Shown here: positions 54,250-62,649 of the stretch, one piece after another
Position numbering within the stretch: position 1 is the stretch's first letter
How the letters are laid out: every line of letters starts with the position of its first letter
Source: Convolutriloba macropyga
Lineage: Eukaryota
Assembly: GCF_964194025.1 (NCBI RefSeq)
Contig: NC_134482.1
Coordinates: 39,990,001-40,054,000 of the forward strand
Direction: 5' to 3'
DNA: 64,000 bases
Position numbers and translations under genes: made by a program
The notes under the pieces: generated by a model
What the model was told of the DNA's origin: nothing
Seen by the model: the letters and a program-made list of their open reading frames with translations, nothing else
Databases searched by the model: none

Positions 54250-55068
54250 GTAATCAGCCTTCCATGTAACAGAAAGTTGTGCAGACAGTTTCCATAAAAT
54301 ATCGCAACCACTCTTTTGTGTTTGGGGGGGGGGGACAATCTTTCAGCCCATGATGGTCAAAGAACAAACTTTTGAAGACAATTTCTTGTAATTACTCACT
54401 CCGCATCAGCAATTCTTCCAACTTTGCGGTAGTGTTTCTTTATCTCTATCTCAAATAGAGCGTCGGTGCATTTTGAGGTCATAGGTTGCCCGCCGGAAAA
54501 ACGATTGAATTGAACAGAAGACTAGCAGAATTAAAGTTGGTTTTGCGCAATTTGAGTTTTTGATTCAGTTTGCCGTCTTTTACTAGTCGACCTCTTCTGA
54601 TTTTCATGGCTTTCGGTCTTTGCGATGTTAACTTTCAATTTGTTTCCAGAACAGTACAATTTGATTTTGTTTATACATTGTTGTAAATATGACTGCTGCC
54701 ACCGAGTACTAGATCGTCGGTATAGAAAATTACCTCTAATTCATCCCGTTTCAATTCGTAGCATCGATCAGCAATAAAAAGACCAAAAAGTAAAGGTGAT
54801 AGTTTCTCTCCTTGGGCACACCAGTTTCTTGCTTTATTTCATCTGATAGTGTTTCCCCATCTAATACATACTGCAGGTTGCACCTAAGCTCTGATTGCAA
54901 TGTTGTTAGGATGTACCTATGGAGTCCCATTTTAACAAGTTTTGATATCAACAGATTCCGACCAATAAAATCAAATCTCTTTTCGTAATCAATAATGCAA
55001 GCCAAGATTATTCCAGATTGTTTCACGTTCATTTTGATCACTTCAAGCATTATCGATTCTGCAAGCAT

Positions 55069-55070
<2 letters not shown>
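54250..55070 (-). mobile_element. Older decayed LINE, RT and 3' part (host of the nested insertion)
   Basis: ACIIDYEKRFD, TGVP(Q)GEKLSPLLF and FYTDDL motifs; the reading frame rejoins 59942 onwards across the TSD. Confidence 0.75.

Positions 55071-55152
<82 letters not shown>
55069..55152 (-). repeat. (CTA)28 microsatellite 3' tail of the young LINE
   Basis: Perfect (TAG)n on the plus strand, 39 nt after the ORF2 terminal TGA (55194-55192). Confidence 0.95.
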
Positions 55153-55191
55153 GAGAGTCTTTAGGGTCGGAGCCCTCGGGTGTGGAACCCT

Positions 55192-58077
55192 TCAGTTTTC
55201 GTTTGGCACGAGTTTTTTCATTGGATTGCAGATTCCACAGTTGCATAGAAGTCTCCAGGTGCAGCTGTCGAGTTCGTTGTAGCTTCTGTGGAAATAGTTT
55301 TGGTACATCTCTGTCAGAAGTTTCTTCGTCATTGGCTTCTCCGTTGTCCTACTGATGATGTTGAATAGCTTTGTGGCTCTGAAGAAAAAATTTTCGTCTG
55401 ATTTATGTAGTCGGTGTTTGGGGAGTTCAAATTCCTGCTTTTGTCTTGTTTCGTTTTCTTTTCGCTTTGGCAGTTTGTCTTCGGGGACGTAGTAATTGCC
55501 TTATAGGATTGAGAGGAGATAGAGGACATCGTGCATTTCCATGTACATGGAGAGTGGGAGTATTTTCAGCGTTTCGAGTCTTTGATGGTATTCGTCGTTT
55601 CCACCGCATATCCACTTTGTTGCCTTTTGCTGGATCTTCTCGATTGATTTCATGTCAGTCTTCGAAGGGTACCAGACTTGGGAGGCGTAAGTGAGTACGG
55701 GCACTACGTATCCTATGTAAGCGTTCAGTTTCGTTTCCATTGAGGTTCTGCTCGAAACATTTCGTTTGAGTGTGTAGAAGGCTTTCCACGCTTTGGTTGT
55801 TCTAAGTTGGCAGTTTGCGCTCCAAGAGAGATTTCGAGACATTACGACTCCGAGATCTTTTTGGGTGGCAACGGTTTCAAGACCTGCTTCGTCACGCTGG
55901 GCTAGATCCCCTCTGATGAGGAGGGTTTTACTTTTGCTAACATTTAGGTCCATATGGTTTGCTTTGCTCCATTTCTGTATTTCCCCGAGAGTGGTCTCGC
56001 ATTCGTGTTCACCGTGGGTAATTGCTTTGAAATCATCCGCGTATCCGAAGGCCGGGATGTCTGAGATTTCTTCGGGGAGATCGTCAATGTAGATGATGAA
56101 CATCAGAGGCCCCAAAATTGATCCCTGAGGTACTCCGCTGGTTACATTTCTGGTCTTTGATTTGCTTGTTCCAATTTTGACGCGTTGCGTTCGGTTTGTG
56201 AGATAGCTTTCGAGTAGTTGGAGTAGCTTTCCTCCGAGGCCAATGTTCTCGAGCTTCTGGATGAGTCTTTTGTGCGCTACTTTGTCAAAGGCTTTTCTGA
56301 AGTCAACATACAGAGTTCGAATGTCATTGCATTTTTTCGATTCAAGTTGCTGGTATAGTTCGTCTGTGAAGAGGATGAGTTGAAGTACTGCTGATCGTTT
56401 CTTTCTGAAACCGTGTTGGGAGTCAGAGAGGGTTCTTTCTATTGGTGGGTAAAGCCGTTCGAAAATGACTTTCTCGAAGACTTTTGAGACGTTCTTCAAT
56501 AGACTTATTGGTCGATACTGTGTGATGTCTGCTTTGTCGTTTTCTTTGTAGATCGGGGTGATCTCACTTGTTTTCCAGCTCTCTGGGAATTTTCCTTTAT
56601 TAAGGCAGGTTTGGAAGATAAGTTTGAGAGATTTTGCCAAAGCTGGGGCGTTTTTTAAGATTATATTTCCGATGTTGTCTGGGCCGCACGCTTTGTTTGC
56701 CTGGAGGCCCAACAGTTGTCTTTCGATTTCTTCTTCAGAAATTCTGAGGTAGTTGAGTCTCTGTTTTGGGTAGACTGAGGGTTCGTTGATTTTAACATCT
56801 TTGGTGAAAACGTCGGAGAAGAAGTCGTTGAAGAGATTGCACTTTTCACTATCGGTTGTGGCTGTTTTCTTTGTTTCTTGTCCATTTTGCACAACATTGT
56901 AGTACATTTCATCAGGGAAGTGTTTTGATTTGCGTAGGGATTTCAGGTATTTCTGTAGATCAGACATTCGGCGGCTTTTGAAGAGTTTGTCTTCGTAGAC
57001 TGCCTGATCTGTCAGGATTTGCTCATTGAGGAGTTTTTCGCGTCGTTTTATCTTTATCAGGAGGTTGAGGGTCGGTGCTCTCTCGTATTTTCTTTTCATC
57101 GTTCCGAGGATCTTGAGTTCGTGTGATGTGGCAGAGGAAATCCATGGGGGAAGGTTTGCTCGGTGCTGGGTGACACGGGGGATTAGTATCTCAATTATCT
57201 TTTCGATCCATAGGTACCATTGGTCAACAAGTTCATCGACGTTGCTGAAGCAGTAGGGTGAAAAGGGATGGTCTCTGATGTGGCTGTTAAATTCTTTCCA
57301 GTCCACCTTGTGATATGCATGTTTCACTTTGGGGGCTGGTTTCGTAGTTGATATGTCGATGGAAATGGTTGTCCGGAATGCTTGATGGTCGGAGCATCTC
57401 TTTCCGTTGATTGAGTATTCCCGTGTTAGGTTTTTGTCGACTTCGGCAAGTTCAATGCTGTCAGGAGATTGGGTGAGGCATACATCCAGTGATTGATTTC
57501 GTTTGCAAGGCAGAATTTGCTGAAGTTGGTGGGTTTCAAAGTTGTTGAGAAGCGAAAGTTCGTAGTCATCATCTGAGAGCATGCTGTTCCAATCAGCTCC
57601 AGGGAGGTTGAGATCGCCGCTGACAATTAAGGTGTAACTATCCCGTTGTTTCATCTGTTTTTCGATTTCTTCCAGGGTTTCGTGGATTTGACTGGCTGGT
57701 GCCCTGTAAGGGCAAGATTTAGGAGGGTTGTACATGCAGCAAATTACAAGTGATTCAGTTGGAGTTTGTAACGCAATCGATACACTTTCCGAGTGCGTTG
57801 TGTTTTTCAGTCTGTAGTGAGGAATGTCTTTCACCGCAATGAGAACTCCTCCGTGTTTTGAGTTATGGTTTTCAGTAGGTCGGTCAGTTCTGTGGATTGT
57901 GTATCCAGTAAGGAAGAGTGCATTGTCAAGTACATCGCTTGTTAACCAGGTTTCCGTGAGACAGAGTACATCGTAGTTCCTCTTTGCTATTTCATTGGCA
58001 AGGATTTGTCGCCTTTGGAAGTCAAGCAGACTTCGCACATTGAAACTGAGTATTTGGAGTTTGTTTTTATTTTGTAG
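55192..58077 (-). CDS. LINE ORF2: AP endonuclease + reverse transcriptase, no initiator AUG; one premature TAA at 55503-55501
   Basis: ILSFNVRSL, LCLTETWL, SGDLNLP, SDH, YRPISLL, QHGFR, DFRKAFD, GVPQGSILGP, YADD. The same frame continues after the TAA to ...SCTWRLLCNCGIC...EN*. Confidence 0.95.
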
Positions 58078-58919
58078 TCAATTTTGTTCCGGAGGTGAGC
58101 TGCTGCCAGTAGGAGTGACATCAACGTCAATCCATTTCTTGTTTTCTTTTTTCTGCAGTTTCAGATTGCGAATTCGCAAGTCTTTTAGGGCTATTTTCTC
58201 GACATCTATGAGGTATCTGCGCTTGATCAACAGAGCATTTTCAAGCTTTTTCTCGTCCGGACTGAGTTCTCGGCTCGCGAAAATTGGTTTATCGTAGGTT
58301 GCAAGTTTGTGGGCGGACAGCAGGACAAGTCGCCGATGATGTTCACTGGAGAATTTTGCAATTATAGTTCTCGTTTTCTCATTTTCGTAGGTTCCAACGC
58401 GTTTTACATCATCCATTGGGCAGTCGATATCCATGTGGGCGAGGATTTCCTTTACTTTCAGAACATCTTCATCATAACGCTCTCTGGCGGTTTTTCCGTA
58501 GGATTCGGGAATCCCTCGGAAGCGTACCCCATCGAATGTATGATCGGCTGTGCTGGTTGACGCACGGCTGGTTTTGTCGGCTCGGGCGGAGGGGACTTGA
58601 TTTCCGCTCGGATTTTGGATATCTCAGATTTGACTTCATCGAAGCTCTTTGCTATTTCCGCCACGTCCGGGGATTCTCTGCTGGATGCCAAGTTGTCTAG
58701 AACTCGGTCTCGTTGGTTGTTCTGCACACAGTCGTTACATATGAGCAAAACATTTTGTCGGATTTCCTGTAGTCCATATATGGCTTTTTCACTCATTCCA
58801 CTGCATTTCGGGGTCAGGTGCATGGAGTCGCCACACGAGACACAGTTGAACACTGCACTTTTGTTACTGATGGGGAGGGAGCACGTTTTGCAGGTGCTTT
58901 CAGGTTTTGATCGAGTCAT
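58078..58919 (-). CDS. LINE ORF1: PHD finger, coiled coil and RRM-like domain; one frameshift near 58545
   Basis: CKTC...CVSC...H...C...CNDC PHD pattern from ATG 58919. The -1 frame continues FDGVRFRGIPES...RVG...RTIIAKF...IFASRELS to TGA 58080-58078. Confidence 0.88.
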
Positions 58920-58930
58920 CTCGGTTGCTT

Positions 58931-59240
58931 TATAAACCAGTCGCAATTCCGAGGTAACAATTGAAACCTCCGGATTCACTGACGGGTTTATACCTCAACC
59001 GAGGGGGTGACTTTCCAACACAGATCCGCGATCCCAAAGCAAGCTAATTGCTCCTGGATTCACAGGATTTGATAGGAAACTACGAGGAAATTACACAATT
59101 CCGCGATCCTAAGACAATAAATGTCTCCGGGTTCACAGGAAATGTGATTTAGGGGAACGTAAGTACTATTACTGAGGTTTCCTTACTAATTTCTGATTGC
59201 GATCCTGAGATAACAAGACCTCCAGGTTCACTAACCAGAA
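58931..59240 (-). ncRNA. Cis-acting structured RNA: array of four hairpins with the same predicted fold in the ORF0-ORF1 spacer
   Basis: Hairpins at 59240-59191, 59146-59094, 59071-59021 and 58992-58931, each with lower stem, 1-nt bulge, GUGA/UYGC, A.A mismatch, 3-4 bp, G bulge, upper stem and loop. Stem sequences differ but pairing is kept. Confidence 0.8.
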
Positions 59241-59284
59241 AAAAGAAAAGAAAAAATCAGAAAAAAAACAGTGACTTACTCTGT

Positions 59285-59923
59285 TTACTCATGCTGTTCT
59301 GCTTTCTTGCTTTCCCGCTTCTTCTTTCTGTCCTTTTGGCGTTTGTTCGGTTTCTTCTTTGCCGGCTTCTTCGATCGCTTCTTCTTGATCAGCTTTCGAA
59401 GATTTCGACAGTTTAAGAGAATAGTGGTGACCAACTTGAGATCGATGTGGGTTTCGGGGTGTACCTGGGTTAACTGGTAAAGATATTCAAAATTTGCCTG
59501 TTTTCTTCTTGAGCTCAGGTTTTTGGTAGCTTCTAGAATGAGGATGCCGGTTTGTCGGAGGTCGATGGATAAGTCAGGGGTACCAGCTCGGCGGGTGTAG
59601 ACTATGGCCTCAATCTGCCCGTTTGAGTTGAGCTTCTTGAGGATTTCGATCAGTTGCTCGGGGGAGAGGGGTCGATTGTTGTTACTTCTGTGGGGGGTGA
59701 TGCTATTGTTGATCACGTCGTGCCAGATGACTATTCGTTTTCGATTTAGGAGCACAAATTTGTTTTGAAACAGGTGTTGCACTGTCTTGTACTTGTCCTT
59801 CGCTCTGGTGTTGAGAGAGAGGCCAGGCTTCGAGTAGGAAAGTTGTTGAAATCTGCGTTTGTCCTTGTGATCCAAAGTTCTTGTCAGATTGGCGAGACAG
59901 CTAGCTCCAACCAGGTAAACCAT
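59285..59923 (-). CDS. ORF0: 212-aa accessory protein, SGNH/GDSL esterase-like pattern plus a K/R-rich C-terminal tail
   Basis: Intact ORF inside the TSD-bounded element. VYLVGASCL, SKPGL, VIWHDVINNS and QVHP fall in the order of SGNH blocks I, II, III and V. Two diverged homologues lie elsewhere in the window. Confidence 0.8.
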   Translation of the reverse strand: MVYLVGASCLANLTRTLDHKDKRRFQQLSYSKPGLSLNTRAKDKYKTVQHLFQNKFVLLNRKRIVIWHDVINNSITPHRSNNNRPLSPEQLIEILKKLNSNGQIEAIVYTRRAGTPDLSIDLRQTGILILEATKNLSSRRKQANFEYLYQLTQVHPETHIDLKLVTTILLNCRNLRKLIKKKRSKKPAKKKPNKRQKDRKKKRESKKAEQHE

Positions 59924-59934
59924 GGTTTTCAATT

Positions 59935-60810
59935 AGCATTAATCCCATCTGAAACTATTTAATAAGAGAAGACGCACCGCAAAGTACATTGGCTTGACGG
60001 TAGTTTTCCAATTTTTCTCTTTTCTTAACCACTGCTTTCAGCAGAAACGGCTGCTGGTTCATAGATGGCTTTTGAGAAATGTGAAAACTAATTGTTGATT
60101 TCACTAGGTGTTGTAGTTTTTGCGCTTCTTCTACCACTTTTGACAGCTTACCGCTTTCTGTTTTGCGTACTTGCTTTCGTGTACTTTCTACTGTTTCCAG
60201 TTTGCATTTTAGGTCAACACTGTATACTACCTTCTGTGTTTCTTTGAGAACGTTCCCTGTATTTTTATTCCTGTCACTTGACTCACACCTCTGTCGCTAA
60301 CGAGGATTGAGTTGTTTCTTTTCGTTTAAGCTTAGTTTTGTCCCAGTTTTTCAGGAACTTACAAAGAGAATCACTGCGATTCGTGGTATCGATTCTACAA
60401 GTGAAGTCACCACCGAGTACTTTTTGTCTACTGCCAGGGCAATGCTGCATAACTTCAGATAGTTCCTGGTGAATTAATTGCAAATCCGTTTTCAATGCAA
60501 GATAGCCGACAATAACTATGAGGTTAATCTCATCTATCGCTACGGCCTTCTATCTATCATTCTGTGAAAAATTTGCAGGCGGTTTTTAAATGCTCACTGA
60601 TAGCTACTGATATACCATTTTCTTGTCTGCCTCGGCTTTTATTTTGGTAATATAATTACACGATAAAATTCTCTATTTGTGGTGTTTTCGTAACGAATAT
60701 TTCGGTCAGAGGAAGAAAGTAGTGTATTAGAGCCTCATTCAAGCATGATTCCAAAAGAGTTCCTGCTCCTGCGACCTCCCAAAGACATACGGTTAATCAT
60801 GCTACCTGTT
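59935..60810 (-). mobile_element. Older decayed LINE, APE to RT N-terminal part (host of the nested insertion)
   Basis: LTVCLWEVAG...LTEIF, VLGGDFTCRID and KLENYR motifs; continues into 55063 when the insertion is removed. Confidence 0.7.
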
Positions 60811-61019
60811 TTCTTTTCGTTAAGAACGTGTTTTTTTTCTTATTGGTGTGAATTGACTCAAACTTTTGCTGCTTTTGACGATTAGGTCGATTAATTTTTT
60901 ACCGTTTTTAGATTCGTACGTTGGTTCGTTGATTTCGTTTGTGCCCAATTTTGCGTCCCAGTTATTCACGAACCAAAGAGAGAATCAACACAATTGAAAT
61001 CAACTCGAAGTATACTGCT

Positions 61020-61400
61020 CTTCTTCCATGTCTTTTCTGCATAACTTCGGTAACTTCCTGGTAAATGAATTCCAAATCCATAGTCGATGCAAAATAGGCT
61101 TAGTTAATTGTGAGATTACGTTGTTCTAGCGCTACGTTTATGTAATTATCGTTCTGTGGGAAAACTTTGCAGCAGTTTTCAGGTATTTACATAGTCCAAT
61201 TTATGTACCACTTTGTGGTCTGCATCTGCTGCTGTTTTATTAATGTACTTAAACAGATAAAAATCTGTATTTTCAGTATTTTGGGTACTGAACTTTTCTG
61301 TCAGAAGAAGAAATTATTGTGTTAGAGTTTCATTCAAGCATGAATCCAGTTCCTTTGGCGTTTCCTTTGGTGTTTAAAAAGCATTTGATTGTTCATGGGG
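61020..61400 (-). mobile_element. Second diverged copy of the host-LINE APE N-terminal segment
   Basis: Colinear similarity to about 60440-60760 (GCATAACTTC..TTCCTGGT, CATTCAAGCATGA). Confidence 0.6.
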
Positions 61401-61940
61401 ATCTCGTCTGAGCAATCTGATTACCTTTATTTTGAACTTCTGGGATGGGTTTTGCCACCTTTTGTTTTTTTTTCTGAAAGGAAATTTTTGTCTTCAGCTT
61501 CTACATTAGGATGATCGAGCTGAGTACTATCAGGTTTTTTAATGAGTACTACCGGAAATATCAGGTTTTCAACCGCTTCCTCATCTCTATCTGTTCTTAA
61601 ATGGAAATAAAATGTTGTGAACGTAACTTTAACTTTAAATGATTTCAAAATTTTTTAGCTAATTTAACGCATTCCGTAGAGTTTAATAGATATGGTCAAT
61701 GGTAAATATATTTACCTTGTAATTAATTTTAGTCAATTGCAAATCTGTTTTATTTAAAAGTGACGATGTATGAAATATTCGAAAACGTTCTTTTTTTAAA
61801 TTAAATTATTTAAATAATTTACAATAATTTTTCCCTGCAGCTTTAACCACTCTCAATTCGATCCTTAAGGGGCCCTTAAAGGGGATGAGAGAAAGCAAGA
61901 ATCGAAAAAATGTGTGGAATTTTATCACAGATAATGGAGG

Positions 61941-62561
61941 ATGGTTCATATTTTAGTAGCCATCTCACTGAATAAAGCGCTAAAGAGTGTTCAATATATA
62001 GAAAAAGGAGGAACTTCTGCCAAAAAAACAACAGTAGCTGCACCTTCCTTTAACCCAAAACAAAAATGAAAGAAAACGCGCAAACAATTCTAGTCAAAGG
62101 CCAATTGAGCACAAGAACTAGCATAAGGGTGTGGCATGATCTAATAAACAGCTGAATCTCAAGCCACAAAGTGGAAAACTGCAGACCAAGCAGTGTACAA
62201 GAGCTGGCGAACTACTAGACAATGATTGAGAACAAACATAAAGCGCTTCTATGCTTCCAGAATATTGAAAACCCTGTCAATTTGTTTCCTAAACAAAAGC
62301 TTTTGAGCACTGCAGTACTGGTTCTTAAGCTGACAAAGTTTCCGATTTAAAAACAAAAACAGAGAAAACAGCTGGAAAGGTACAGTTTGCTCCACAAAGA
62401 ACTGGCACGTGAGATTGAATCACTGGAGATTGTTCTGCGCCACCAAAGAAACCTGAAAGAAAACTGTACTCCAGGAAAAAGGGAAGAACATAGGGAAACG
62501 ACAGAGGAAGGCAAGAGCCAAAAGTGACACTTGTAGAACGAGAAGAGAAAGAGAGCGTTAG
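61941..62561 (+). pseudogene. ORF0 homolog 3, disrupted, upstream of a Penelope-like ORF
   Basis: MVHILVAISLNKAL...SFNPK...IRVWHDLINS*ISSHKVENCRP...LLHKELAREIESLEIVLRHQRNLK...GKRQRKARAK...RRERER*. Confidence 0.72.
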
Positions 62562-62649
62562 TCCCTGACCTGTCCTTGTCCCACTGCCCTTCTCCCTAAG
62601 CAAGCTTTCTTGATTTGCAAAATTCCACCACAACCATAGCTCAAGTACC

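Larger units (their letters stand above)
55071..59934 (-). mobile_element. Young CR1-type LINE with three cistrons (ORF0, ORF1, ORF2)
   Basis: 7-bp TSD AGCATTA (55064-55070 and 59935-59941), microsatellite tail, nearly intact ORFs with only two lesions seen. Confidence 0.93.

Noticed and set aside
54995-55282. Poly-Ser and poly-Thr ORFs
   Set aside because: Translations of the (TAG)n LINE tail.
58458-58624. Programmed -1 frameshift within ORF1
   Set aside because: There is no canonical slippery heptamer, and the decayed relative has its Pro-rich linker in frame with DGIRIRGIPES, so it is more likely a 1-nt lesion or assembly error.
58931-59240. Hairpins as SECIS elements (GUGA...GA) recoding the ORF1 UGA
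   Set aside because: They lie upstream of the UGA, the upper stem is too short, there is no conserved apical AAR, and Watson-Crick pairing of GUGA/UYGC explains the core better.
58931-59240. HDV-like or hammerhead ribozyme, or a CRISPR-like array
   Set aside because: An isolated UUCCUCGU is present but I could not build the nested pseudoknot or a hammerhead core. The repeats are structural, not identical, and the context is a eukaryotic retroelement with no cas genes.
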